Shown here: positions 1 through 9,396 of the stretch, in pieces | Layout of the letters: every line of letters starts with the position of its first letter | How positions within the stretch are numbered: the first letter of the stretch is position 1 | Source of the DNA: Candidatus Bathyarchaeia archaeon | GTDB taxonomy: Archaea > Thermoproteota > Bathyarchaeia > Bathyarchaeales > Bathycorpusculaceae | Assembly (NCBI GenBank): GCA_050015395.1 | Contig: JBEKBM010000006.1 | Location: forward strand, 1 to 64,000 | Direction of reading: 5' to 3' | DNA length: 64,000 nt | Program-made: the position numbers and the translations under genes | Notes under the pieces: model-generated | What the model saw: only the letters and a program-made list of their open reading frames with translations | Told to the model about the DNA's origin: nothing | Database searches by the model: none

Positions 1-126
1 CCAAGGGCAGGTTAGCCACGTGTTACTGAGCTGTGTGCCGCGCTCCCAAATTGGCTAGGAAGCGCACGACTAGCATGTCTTAGTCCTATCCCGATAGCAG
101 TGGGGTCCGGCAGGATCAACCGGAGT
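1..126 (-). rRNA. rrs: 16S rRNA, 5' end (runs off the window start)
   Basis: Reverse complement reads ACTCCGGTTGATCCTGCCGGACCCCACTGCTATCGGGATAGGACTAAGACATGCTAGTC..., the universal archaeal 16S 5' terminus. Confidence 0.98.
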
Positions 127-426
127 TATGACACTCCAATGTTGAATCTGCGGAACTTGTTGTTTTTGTGTGGTACGTTCTACACTTTATCGCATGATTT
201 GTGCCTAACTGGATTTGGAGGGAAAAACATTCCACTCAATACGTCAAAGCCCAATTCAGACCTAACTGAGCAATTAATCAGGTCCACATTCGTGTCCCCG
301 CAATTGGAGGCCAACTCCGTCATTCCTGCAAGGCAATCGCCGTTTCGGTAGGGGTTGAGCCGCCGCCATGTGAAAACTGCGGGGCTAGCAATTATAGCTG
401 AATTCTATCAGAAGCACGTTTATCCG

Positions 427-440
427 ATATAAACATTTCT
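427..440 (-). promoter_or_regulatory. Putative rRNA operon promoter (BRE + TATA)
   Basis: Minus strand AGAAATGTTTATAT, ~300 nt upstream of mature 16S, in front of a GC-richer leader. Confidence 0.55.
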
Positions 441-572
441 TTAACATTAAAATAAACATTATCCTGTGAACCGCTGACCATCAGAGTCTACGTGTTCATA
501 CCGTTAAGTGAATTTTTTTGCCGATTGCTCCAAAAAATGGGGATAAATCGTCTTTATCAGTAATTAAATTGG

Positions 573-731
573 TTACCAGCCTTTACTACCGCTACTTCTC
601 ACGTGCGCTTCTGAGCAGTGCCTATCATAATCTTCTCTTGAGTTGAAGGTTTTGTTGTCAGCTTCGCATAGGAATTTGCCGTCTGAAGTCATTTTGGGCT
701 CCATACTTGAAGAACGCGTGTTCCTAGACAA
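573..731 (-). CDS. Small C2H2-like zinc-finger protein (52 aa, not in ORF track)
   Basis: TTG start after GGAGGTGA; ...GKFLCEADNKTFNSREDYDRHCSEAH... has C2H2-like spacing with Asp in place of the second Cys. Confidence 0.65.
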   Translation of the reverse strand: MSRNTRSSSMEPKMTSDGKFLCEADNKTFNSREDYDRHCSEAHVRSSGSKGW

Positions 732-1158
732 GAACATTCACCTCCATACATGCGAGAGACAAAGAAGAGAAAGCGAAAAAACTCTTAAGGCTATGTGACT
801 GTACCCACCCAACAATAACAGTTTTTAAAGCTCTACTGCTGCCTGCAGACGGGAGTTTTAAGGTTTTAAGCAAATGCTATATCATTTCTAATGAGGTTTC
901 AGTTGCCAGTGTTTGAATGCAGAGTATGTGGTCGCTAAACACATACTGGATTATGAGGTTAGCTGTACTGGTGATGTTAAGCGTAGTGTGAAGAAGGCTC
1001 CTTGGTGGTTGCGGTAAAGCCATGATTGAAGCAGTTGAAGATTAAAATTGCGCTGTTTAAATTGGGTATCTTCAGCGTATAAAGTTGATAGTTAGCGAAC
1101 ACCTATTTTTAACGTTAATTTTTCCAAAATTTAAGCTTGCGTTTTTAGGAGCACACAA

Positions 1159-1410
1159 CTACTTTATTACTTTTGCTTCTGCCGTTGTACCGCCGATCCG
1201 GGTTATCTTTATTTTCACGTGGTCTTTAGGCTTTGTATTGGCAACGTGTATTACTAAACCTTGAACTCTAGCTACGCCTTCCTCTTTTGGGCTCAACTCC
1301 ACAATATCCACTTCCAATTCTTCCCCCACCTCAACAGGATACCGTTTAACACCCTTGCCGTGACCCCGTTTTCCCTCGTAACTACCACCTTGCCTTCTTG
1401 AATAACTCAT
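1159..1410 (-). CDS. Single TRAM-domain RNA-binding protein
   Basis: PVEVGEELEVDIVELSPKEEGVARVQGLVIHV...VKIKITRI is the archaeal stand-alone TRAM pattern. Confidence 0.88.
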   Translation of the reverse strand: MSYSRRQGGSYEGKRGHGKGVKRYPVEVGEELEVDIVELSPKEEGVARVQGLVIHVANTKPKDHVKIKITRIGGTTAEAKVIK

Positions 1411-1537
1411 AATAACCTACATTTCTCTTGCTACAAATATCTAATTATAAACAATAAGGTTCTGATGCTTAAGCGTTTTCACCAAGCACCCTTTCTAACC
1501 ATGCAACTTTAGCTTAGGCTCTGATTTCTCAAAAAAT

Positions 1538-2602
1538 TTAGATGCTAACTCGAAATGCCCAATGCATGTACGCTCTAAAATCCCCTGAAAGCACCAAAGA
1601 AGGCTCAACATAACAATGAAGGCTGCATTTCCTGCAGTTTTCTATTTTTTTCCACTCAAACCCAGAAACAGCATTTTTAATGCCAACTTCAAAGATAGAG
1701 ACGCTGCTGGCATAATCATTGTGGACATAGCAAGGCAAAACTACGTTCCCGTAAGGATCAATGTTAACCATCGTCCACGGTTTGCACTGCCAGTTTTTCT
1801 CTTTAGCCATCACTTTGAAGTAATCGATTGAATTGACAATAGGGTAACCTTCTTGTTTCATTTCAATAAGTGTATGGGCTATTTTTGATATTTTACCAGT
1901 TTCAGGTGAGGACGCGTTGGCATTGCAATACTCGTGAGCTACGGCTATAGATATTTTTGTACCTAACTCTTTTGCCAGCTTAACCATGCTTTCTATCTCA
2001 TCAACATTTTCAGCCATTATCGTTGTGTTGATGGTTACGGCAACTTTTTCTTTCGCCGCACTTATGCCTCGTACCGATTTTCTAAAGCTTCCCTCAACTC
2101 CTCTGATAGCGTCATGAGTTTTCTCTATGCCATCTAACGAAACATAAACAACACCGTTAATGTACGAAGCTATCTCGTCTATTCTGGATTCGAGTAAAGT
2201 ACCGTTAGTTATCAGGCTTGTATGCAAAGGCAGAGAACGAGAAAAAGCAAGAATGTCCACTAAATCATTTCTCAAAAGAGGCTCTCCGCCTTCAAACGCG
2301 ATTCCGCAGGCTCCCGAATCATAAACCTGTTTCAGAATTGCTTTTTCCTGGTCTATACTTGAATCTGGGCTGGGTCTTTTCCAGAAGGGGCACATTTTGC
2401 AGCGGAGATTGCAATTGTAGGTCACCTTATGCCCGCAGAAAAAAGGAACCTTTACATCAAATAAGTTTGAGATAAAGCCACGATAGATCCTCATCCCCAG
2501 CCAAAAGTTCTCTATGTAATGATGAATGTTTTTTTCTTCCACCGAATAGCTGGAAACCCGTCCCCATCCTCCAAGATCAGTTTGAACAGTCTGCGAGTTC
2601 AC
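1538..2602 (-). CDS. Radical SAM / SPASM-type protein (true start may be downstream)
   Basis: CNLRCKMC (CX3CX2C), GGEPLLR, VSLDG and C-terminal CRKCSLHC. Confidence 0.9.
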   Translation of the reverse strand: MNSQTVQTDLGGWGRVSSYSVEEKNIHHYIENFWLGMRIYRGFISNLFDVKVPFFCGHKVTYNCNLRCKMCPFWKRPSPDSSIDQEKAILKQVYDSGACGIAFEGGEPLLRNDLVDILAFSRSLPLHTSLITNGTLLESRIDEIASYINGVVYVSLDGIEKTHDAIRGVEGSFRKSVRGISAAKEKVAVTINTTIMAENVDEIESMVKLAKELGTKISIAVAHEYCNANASSPETGKISKIAHTLIEMKQEGYPIVNSIDYFKVMAKEKNWQCKPWTMVNIDPYGNVVLPCYVHNDYASSVSIFEVGIKNAVSGFEWKKIENCRKCSLHCYVEPSLVLSGDFRAYMHWAFRVSI

Positions 2603-2661
2603 ATAGATAAAAACAAGTACTTTTCTTTTTTGTTTTGCGAGAAAGGGGAATTTTGCTCGCT

Positions 2662-2799
2662 TTATTCTTCTTTCTTGAGTCCTTTCTTTATTCCTTTCCC
2701 AAGGTCATTTACGGCTTTAGCACCTTTCCTGATGCCTTTGCCGACTGCTTCTCCAGTTTTTTCAGCGGCACTTTCAACTTTTTTCTTCTCTTCAGGCAT
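2662..2799 (-). CDS. Small Lys/Gly/Glu-rich hydrophilic protein (45 aa)
   Basis: ATG after AAGGTGA; MPEEKKKVESAAEKTGEAVGKGIRKG..., stress-protein-like composition. Confidence 0.7.
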   Translation of the reverse strand: MPEEKKKVESAAEKTGEAVGKGIRKGAKAVNDLGKGIKKGLKKEE

Positions 2800-3124
2800 T
2801 CTATCACCTTCTATCGCTAAGTCGTCATTCACAGACTTAAGTGTGTGTGACTGTGAAGTCACAACAACATCTGGGCATCAACCGAGGTTTTGCTCAAGAA
2901 TGGCTTATGTATAAGCGGAATTGAACTTTCCATGACAATGTAGTTCAAAAGTTCATTTTGCGATTAACGCTTTTGGACTCGCCGCGTCGATTACGTAGAA
3001 TTTGGGGTCAGTAGTTTCTAAGTTGTGTGGTCTTTTATTACTACTTTAGCTGATTTTTCTTTAACTGATGCTATTCCTTTTGGCATCCCTCTTTGTATGT
3101 ATTTAGCTCTCGTTTTTTGTCTTA

Positions 3125-3285
3125 AGGGTATTTGTGTGTGCTCAGCCTACCTACCCGGTCTACTAGATGAGCCTAATAGGCTCCAAATATGATTCAACAT
3201 AGATGTGCATAGAACGAAGACCGCGCACTTTGCATGCAGAACGGTGCTTTTCAACATAGAAAAATCTGTTTTTTAATGTAGAAAA
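3125..3285 (+). repeat. ~150-160 bp repeat, copy A (inverted relative to 22950..23093)
   Basis: AGGGTATTTGTGTGTG..CCTACCT..CGGTCTACTAGATGA.CCTAATA.G..CCAAATATGATTCAACATAG matches the reverse complement of copy B. Confidence 0.9.
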
Positions 3286-3378
3286 AAAGCACTAAAAAAG
3301 AAAAAACAAGAACTAAATATACACCCTCTTTTAATTTATAAGCTCTACTTTCCCTCATAATCTCGCAGTTTTGGGCTT

Positions 3379-3467
3379 TGAGTCAGAACTTGAATTTTCA
3401 AACAGCACGCCGCTCTGTTGCTGTGGGGCTACAGCTACACAAGTTTAATAGCCATTTGTACTCCTAT
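3379..3467 (+). repeat. Duplicated promoter block, copy 1 (copy 2 at 3995..4095)
   Basis: TGAGTCAGAAC...GCCGCTCTGTTGCTGTGG..CTACAGC.ACACAAGTTTAATAG.CATTT.TAC is shared by both copies. Confidence 0.85.
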
Positions 3468-3488
3468 GTAACTTAACAGGTGTAGCGT

Positions 3489-3911
3489 TTGAGCAATCTG
3501 ATTATTGGAAATATGACTTTAACGAGTCTGCTTGTTACCGTAATTGGCTTGATTATTCTGTGGATAATAGTCTCAATACCCGTGTGGTTAGCTGGCAAGG
3601 CAGTAACTGACGGAAAAGCCACCTTTGGCGATGCTATGATTGCTACGCTGTTTGGCCCAGTAGTTTACGCTGTCACATTGATTATAGTGGGTTACTTTCT
3701 GGGAACGCTAATCGGCTCAACGGCATACATAATCGCACTAATTTTAGCTCTCATAGCCTGGATATGGGTCTACAAAGCAAGCTTCAGAACGGGCTGGCTG
3801 GGCGGCATCGGTATAGCCATACTGGCATGGATAATCTTCGTCGTAATAAGCATAATATTCGGAGCCCTCTTCCATGTAGCAGTACCCGGAACATTCTTCC
3901 CCCACATCTAA
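3489..3911 (+). CDS. Small multi-pass membrane protein
   Basis: 140 aa, ~4 hydrophobic helices, TTG start after AGGTG. Confidence 0.8.
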   Translation: MSNLIIGNMTLTSLLVTVIGLIILWIIVSIPVWLAGKAVTDGKATFGDAMIATLFGPVVYAVTLIIVGYFLGTLIGSTAYIIALILALIAWIWVYKASFRTGWLGGIGIAILAWIIFVVISIIFGALFHVAVPGTFFPHI

Positions 3912-3994
3912 AAAAACCACAAAAAACACCTAACAGACTGGACATAGAGGTCATAAACGCTAAAACAAAAAGACAAGAATCAGATAGCAGATGC

Positions 3995-4095
3995 TGAGTC
4001 AGAACCTGATTTTCCAACGGCTTCTTTGAATATAGCAGCCGCTCTGTTGCTGTGGACCTACAGCCACACAAGTTTAATAGTCATTTATACACTAT
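3995..4095 (+). repeat. Duplicated promoter block, copy 2
   Basis: Direct repeat of 3379..3467, in front of a different gene. Confidence 0.85.
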
Positions 4096-4104
4096 AGCTT
4101 AATT

Positions 4105-4446
4105 GTGGAGTTGCAGACCTTGGGCGCGATAGATCAAGTATTTCATTTCATTACTTCGGGAAGCATAGGTGGTTTGCCACCAATTGTCTTAATGGTAATA
4201 ATATTCGTCATCGGATTAATTGTGGGCTATCTAATCCATTTATTCCTAAAGATCGCGATTATAGCTGCAATTATACTCTTCGTGGTTGCCTACTTTGGCT
4301 TTTTCGGTCTGAGTCTTAGCGAGTTGAAAAATTATGCAACCCAATACGGCTCCATTGTATATCAATATGGAGTACTCATCATAGGCATGCTACCGCTAAC
4401 CATCGGATTCATAGTAGGTCTAATCATCGGCTTCGTATTCGGGTAA
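4105..4446 (+). CDS. Small membrane protein (FUN14-like architecture)
   Basis: 113 aa, IGLIVGYLIHLFLKIAII...LPLTIGFIVGLIIGF, 3 TM helices. Confidence 0.7.
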   Translation: MELQTLGAIDQVFHFITSGSIGGLPPIVLMVIIFVIGLIVGYLIHLFLKIAIIAAIILFVVAYFGFFGLSLSELKNYATQYGSIVYQYGVLIIGMLPLTIGFIVGLIIGFVFG

Positions 4447-4690
4447 ACTGAACATACCTCTAGGTCAAAGCGTAGAAAACAATCAATGACTAATGGTGAA
4501 ATTACCACTTTAACACACACCCTCAAAATTCTTCCAGTCATATTTCAGATAAGCCCTGCGAACGCTGCTTCAGCAGCAATTTTTATCCTTTTAGCACAAG
4601 TGGAAACCTTCAAAATCAGAACAACTCAACTGTTCGAAAAGCGAAGCTATTTGTATACTTTGCGAAAATGAGTAAAAACTTAAATATAAA

Positions 4691-5533
4691 TTGATAGAAG
4701 AAATACTGGAGTTGAAAATGCTTAACGACGAAGAAATACGGGAGTTGAAAATGTCCAACGACGAAGACACGGTCCTCCTGCTTGGTTTGGGTTTAAGTCT
4801 TAATCAGGCAAGGGTTTACCTAGCAATACTTCAACTGCAAAAAACGGCGGGACAGATAGCGAAATTTTCAAAAGTGCGTAGGGAAGACGTCTATAGAATT
4901 CTGCCGACACTCGAAAAATTGGGCCTAATTGAAAAATTGCTAGGCAAACCATCTAAGATTCGGGCTACTCCGATTTCGGATGCCTTAACTTTCCTAGTGG
5001 CGGAAGAAAAAAAGAAATCTGATGAACGGTTGACGGGTATGAGGAGTACGGTCAAGAGGCTGTCCCTCAAAGATTGGAAGCAGCCGCTTCCTGAAGAAGA
5101 AAGCATCTACATACTGATAGCGGAAAGGAAAGCAATTTTGGCTAAGACTTCAGAACTAATTAGAAACTCGAGAAAAGAAGTCGCGTTAATTGCAAGCAAG
5201 GAAAGAATCATACTGATTCTGTCTGAGTTATCAGATGAATACAAGCAGGCAATAAAGAACGGTGCTCAGATTCGACTTATCTTTGAAGGGGACAGCCCCG
5301 ACATTTTGCTTAAAGAAAAAGTGCAAAAAATCATCGAAGGGGCTTCGGTTCACGTCAAGTTTCATTGTAAACCTTTGAATCACTTCATAATGTCCGATGA
5401 TACAGAAGCATTGATTACCAGCTCCAAAGAAAACGGATTAGGCGAAAACCCTTCTTTATGGACTAACAACAGCAACCTTATAGGCGTACTAAGAACAAGT
5501 TTTGAATCCGACTGGAAAAAAGCTGAAGACTAA
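4691..5533 (+). CDS. TrmB-family transcriptional regulator
   Basis: LGLSLNQARVYLAIL..TAGQIAKFSKVRREDVYRILPTLEKLGLIEK (TrmB wHTH) plus a PLD-like effector domain (FIMSDDTEALI...FESDWKKA). Confidence 0.92.
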   Translation: MIEEILELKMLNDEEIRELKMSNDEDTVLLLGLGLSLNQARVYLAILQLQKTAGQIAKFSKVRREDVYRILPTLEKLGLIEKLLGKPSKIRATPISDALTFLVAEEKKKSDERLTGMRSTVKRLSLKDWKQPLPEEESIYILIAERKAILAKTSELIRNSRKEVALIASKERIILILSELSDEYKQAIKNGAQIRLIFEGDSPDILLKEKVQKIIEGASVHVKFHCKPLNHFIMSDDTEALITSSKENGLGENPSLWTNNSNLIGVLRTSFESDWKKAED

Positions 5534-5716
5534 CCTGAGAATCTCATTTCTCTTGTGGTTTTGAGTTCCAAATTCTTTCTAGCAGTTGGACCGATTAGCT
5601 CAGGAACAACCGCCAGCTTGTCGGTGTGGGCTCACATTCACATACGCTTAACTCAAATTAATGACCATTAATAAGGTAATCCAAATTATGAGCGTAGAAA
5701 GGAGGGAGAGATAAGT

Positions 5717-5974
5717 ATGAGAACTATAGGGTTGAAAACAAAAATGATGAAAACAAAGCGCGCACGCGTTATAGCGTTGATTCTGGGTGCGGCGCTTATC
5801 GTTATAGCGGTGATACTCGGCGGAATACAAATCTCACACGCATACAACATCTATGGGGCGGCTGGAAACAAGTGGCCTTTCTACAGCGCCGTGGCAATAA
5901 TCGGAATCATAGGCATCATAATAGCAGTATGGAGCGTACTTACTACCTATACGATTGACAGATTGTCTGAATAG
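5717..5974 (+). CDS. Small two-TM membrane protein
   Basis: 85 aa, two hydrophobic helices, strong RBS GGAGG. Confidence 0.7.
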   Translation: MRTIGLKTKMMKTKRARVIALILGAALIVIAVILGGIQISHAYNIYGAAGNKWPFYSAVAIIGIIGIIIAVWSVLTTYTIDRLSE

Positions 5975-6175
5975 TGGAGAATCAGGTATCATACTAGCAG
6001 TATGGAGCGTACTGAAGAAAGAAACACCAAAGAAAACTACTCCGTAGCACACTCCTAAATTATATATCTACCCTCCTTTTTTCTCTTTTAAAGCCCTAAA
6101 CTGGTGGGCTATTTTCCTTGTTTTTCAGTCGATAACTAGCTAAAATTTAAAATACAAATTGGTACAAAAAAGATA

Positions 6176-6977
6176 ATGAATTTGAGAATATCCAACGACG
6201 AAAACACGGATCTCCTGCTTGGTTTGGGTTTGAGTCTTAATCAGGCAAGGGTGTACTTAGCTATACTTAAGCTGGAAAAAACTACTGCAGGACAAATAGC
6301 GAAGTTTTCAAAAGTGCGCAGGGAAGACGTCTATAGAATTTTGCCGACACTTGAAAAAATGGGCCTGATTGAAAGATGGCTGGGCAAGCCAACTGAGATC
6401 CGGGCCGGGCTACTCCGATTTCGGATGCCTTAAGCCTTCTGGTGGCAGAAGAAAAAAGCAAATCTGATGAACGGTTGACGGGTATGAGGAGTACAGTCCA
6501 GAGGCTATCCCTTAAAGATTGGAAGCAGCCGCTTCCTGAAGAAGAAAGCATCTACATATTGATAGCAGAAAAGAAAGCAATTTTGGCTAAGACTTCAGAA
6601 CTAATTAGAAACTCGAAAAGAAGTCTCGCTGATTGCAGACAAGGGACGAATCATACCGATTTTGTCTCAGTTTTCAGAAGAATGTAAACAGGCAATTAAG
6701 AAAGGCTCTCAGATTCGACTGCTTTTTGAAGGAGACAGACAGGACGGTTTGCTTAAAGAAAAAGTGAAAAAACTCGTTGGGGGGGAATTCGGTTCAGGTC
6801 AAGTTTCATCGTGAATCTTTGAATCACTTCATAATGTCCGATGACACAGAAGCATTAATAACCGCGTCCAAAGAAAACGGATTAGGCGAAAACCCTTCTT
6901 TATGGACTAACAACAGCAACCTTATTGGCGTGCTTAGAACAGGTTTTGAATCCGACTGGAAAAAAGCTGAAGAATAG
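6176..6977 (+). pseudogene. TrmB-family regulator paralog, frameshifted
   Basis: Close copy of 4751..5533 split into three ORFs by a CGGGC duplication (~6401), a 2-nt deletion (~6616) and an extra G in the G-run at ~6779-6785. Confidence 0.88.
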
Positions 6978-7158
6978 CTTGAGAATCTCGTTTCTCTTGT
7001 GGTTTCAAGTTCCAAATTCTTTATAGCAGTTTTGCCGATTAGCTCAGGAACAACCGCCAGCTTGTCGGTGTGGGCTCACATTCACATACGCTTAACTCAA
7101 ATTAATGACCATTAATAGGTAGTTCAATTATGAGCGTAGAAAGGAGGGATAGACAAGT

Positions 7159-7449
7159 ATGAGAACTAGAGAGTTTATAAATAAAGGTGTGTTTGCGTTA
7201 GACGAGAAAATCGGCACAGTCAAAAGTATAGAAGTAGATCCAGAAGAGTGGAAAATAACTCATCTTGAAATCGAATTGAAAAAGGAAATAGCTGAATCAG
7301 TGCTTGGCGTAAAGAAAGGCGGAGTACGAAACATGCTAGCCGTTTCATCCCTAGAGAAAGGGGTTGCCCGCTGGACAGACAATGGATTGCACTTAAAAGT
7401 TTCAAAAGATCAACTTCACATGTACCTAAGACCAGTAGTTAAGACTTAA
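7159..7449 (+). CDS. PRC-barrel domain protein
   Basis: MRTREFINKGVFALDEKIGTVKSIEVDPEEWKITHLEI is a PRC-barrel pattern. Confidence 0.8.
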   Translation: MRTREFINKGVFALDEKIGTVKSIEVDPEEWKITHLEIELKKEIAESVLGVKKGGVRNMLAVSSLEKGVARWTDNGLHLKVSKDQLHMYLRPVVKT

Positions 7450-7651
7450 TTGGGAAGTTTGCTATGAACACGTGGTTGACGATTGCTATTATTATTGTGA
7501 TCAAAATACTCTGAAAAGTCAAAGTTGAAGAATAAGCGATAGCGTAGCTTAAGCTTCTGTAGCAGTTGGGGTACACTAACAAACTCTCATTTTTCAAATC
7601 TTAAGTTGTTAAAGATTATGAACAGGCATTCATTGGAGGTGAACTAAGAAA

Positions 7652-7972
7652 GTGAAGAATAAATTTGCTTATTGGGGATATATCCTAGCGTTAATAGGCG
7701 GAATACTCATCATCATCTTCGGCTTCCTAGGTCTTATAGGAAATTCTTTAGGAAGCGCTTACTCGCCAGCTGGTTACTACATAAGCAGAGCAATGTACAG
7801 TATAGTGGCAATAATAATAGGCGCAATTTGCGTAATTGGGTCAAAGTCCGTTGGAATCTTAGTATGGGCGATAGTGCTGTTAGTGCTTGGAATCGTTTCA
7901 GGCGGAATCGGAGGAGTCCTAGTTATTCTCGGAGCCCTTCTGGGATTAGTATCAATATTCGTCAAGTCATAG
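7652..7972 (+). CDS. Small Gly-rich membrane protein
   Basis: 106 aa, 4 hydrophobic segments, RBS GGAGGTGA. Confidence 0.75.
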   Translation: MKNKFAYWGYILALIGGILIIIFGFLGLIGNSLGSAYSPAGYYISRAMYSIVAIIIGAICVIGSKSVGILVWAIVLLVLGIVSGGIGGVLVILGALLGLVSIFVKS

Positions 7973-8020
7973 CCAAGATAGACGAGGTCAGATTCAAACG
8001 AGAAAAAAGGAGATCTAAAA

Positions 8021-8173
8021 AAGAGACGATCCAAACTAGAAACATGTTTGGGGATTCTTGAGACCTTGGCTAGCCATGGACCAAGGATAAGGATTGAACT
8101 AGCCAGCCCACACAGTATTTGTCGCCGTTTTTTCATAAAGTCGCATCCAAACCACAAACCAAGGCGCTCATAA
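8021..8173 (+). pseudogene. Remnant of a winged-HTH (HTH_45-like) regulator
   Basis: KRRSKLETCLGILETLASHGP after AGGAG; no start codon, and similarity is lost after ~25 codons. Confidence 0.5.
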
Positions 8174-8338
8174 CGTGGCGTGAACGCCGCCCACCTTTAA
8201 CACTTCCCATACCATCATTTTAGGGACAAAGCAGCGCGCCAACTTAGACATTCTGCTAAAGGGTGTGTGGTTTTTTTTCCATAGGTCAACCCCTTCCACA
8301 GAAAATTAGAATAAAAAAGAAAAGAAGTTTAGGTTAGT

Positions 8339-9334
8339 TCATGGCTTTTTAGATGTTTTTTGTTTAACTACTTTAACCAAGATAAACGAGCATGTAGCAA
8401 TCGCCACGGTCAGCAACAGAATAGACAAAGTTAATTCAGGGACTGTTGGAGTCGGTGTGGATGTTGATGTTGGACTTGAAGTTGATGTTGATTTCGGTGT
8501 GGATGTTGATGTTGGACTTGAAGTTGAAGTCGGTGTTGGAGTTGGAGTTGGCGTAGTTGTTGAAATTGGTGATATGATGGTATTAGACTGTAAAGTAACT
8601 GCGCTTTGTGCCAATGCTATACCATTCAATGTTGCACCAGTAGTTAGTGCAATTGTTGTTTTGTCAAGAATAATTCCATTAAAGGCAGAGTGTGTTCCAA
8701 GTGTCGTTTGTCCAGCGACCACCCAGAAGATGTTACTTGCCTGTGCGCCGCCACTCAAGATAACTTGTACGTTAGAACTGACAGTGAGAGTTCCTGCTAT
8801 CTGGAATACCCATTCATCGCTTGAACTTCCTGAGAGAGTGACAGCTGATGGTATTATCACATTGGTACTCCACTTGTAAATGCCAGCAGTTATAGTTAAT
8901 CCACCGATGTTTCCTGCACCTAATGCAGTGACGGGAGCAGGAGTGGTTAGTCCAGCCACAGTAGTATATGCTGTTTGCATATCGCTTATAGCTGTAGTCA
9001 TCATAGTTGGAGTAGGTGTTGCATAGTTAGCTGCGTATACTTTTCCAATCACCAGAGAGGATGTTGAGAATGTGTTTGACTTATCCATTATCAACCCGAA
9101 GCCTGTTATGTATGTAGCGGCAGCTGGGCTTACTCCAATATTTCCAGTGATTGAAGTAGTTCCAGTGGTTGAGATTCCTGTTTTTGCTAAAATAGCAAAA
9201 TTTCCTGCTGTACCAAGAACATTACTTGGTAATGTGTTTGCTGATACATTAGAGATCTGTATGATACCTAATAATGCTATGAAACAGAAGAAAGTGAAAA
9301 GTACGCTTAATCGAGTCCTAGTCTTTTTCTTCAT
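8339..9334 (-). CDS. Secreted DUF3494 ice-binding-like protein with Thr/Pro linker and PEF-CTERM-like anchor
   Basis: Signal peptide; LGTAGNFAILAKTGISTTGTTSITGNIGVSP...NIFWVVAGQTTLGT...GIILDKTTIAL...LAQSAVTL; (TP/TS)n; VPEL + TM + basic tail. Confidence 0.92.
   Translation of the reverse strand: MKKKTRTRLSVLFTFFCFIALLGIIQISNVSANTLPSNVLGTAGNFAILAKTGISTTGTTSITGNIGVSPAAATYITGFGLIMDKSNTFSTSSLVIGKVYAANYATPTPTMMTTAISDMQTAYTTVAGLTTPAPVTALGAGNIGGLTITAGIYKWSTNVIIPSAVTLSGSSSDEWVFQIAGTLTVSSNVQVILSGGAQASNIFWVVAGQTTLGTHSAFNGIILDKTTIALTTGATLNGIALAQSAVTLQSNTIISPISTTTPTPTPTPTSTSSPTSTSTPKSTSTSSPTSTSTPTPTVPELTLSILLLTVAIATCSFILVKVVKQKTSKKP
8449..8558. repeat. Low-complexity 6-nt/42-nt tandem repeat encoding the Thr/Pro/Ser linker
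   Basis: GTGGATGTTGATGTTGGACTTGAAGTTGA occurs twice with a 42-nt period, followed by GTTGGA units. Confidence 0.8.
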
Positions 9335-9396
9335 TCTAATCACCACCTTATACCTTGTTTTTCTGCTTCCTAGCGCGCGCTGAGTCACGGAATCGA

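Noticed and set aside
100-351. 83-aa ORF
   Set aside because: Antisense to the 16S 5' end and rRNA leader
5911-6013. CRISPR-like 30-bp repeat pair
   Set aside because: Both copies encode the same peptide segment of a membrane gene; a local duplication
6176-6977. Programmed frameshifting in the second TrmB
   Set aside because: Three independent lesions of different types indicate decay or sequencing error
3379-7158. Classical integron attC array
   Set aside because: No integron integrase and no R''/R' boxes or long attC hairpins; the repeats contain TATA boxes and lie upstream of genes
8457-8879. 140-aa Val/Asp-repeat ORF
   Set aside because: Shadow frame of the Thr/Pro linker of the DUF3494 gene
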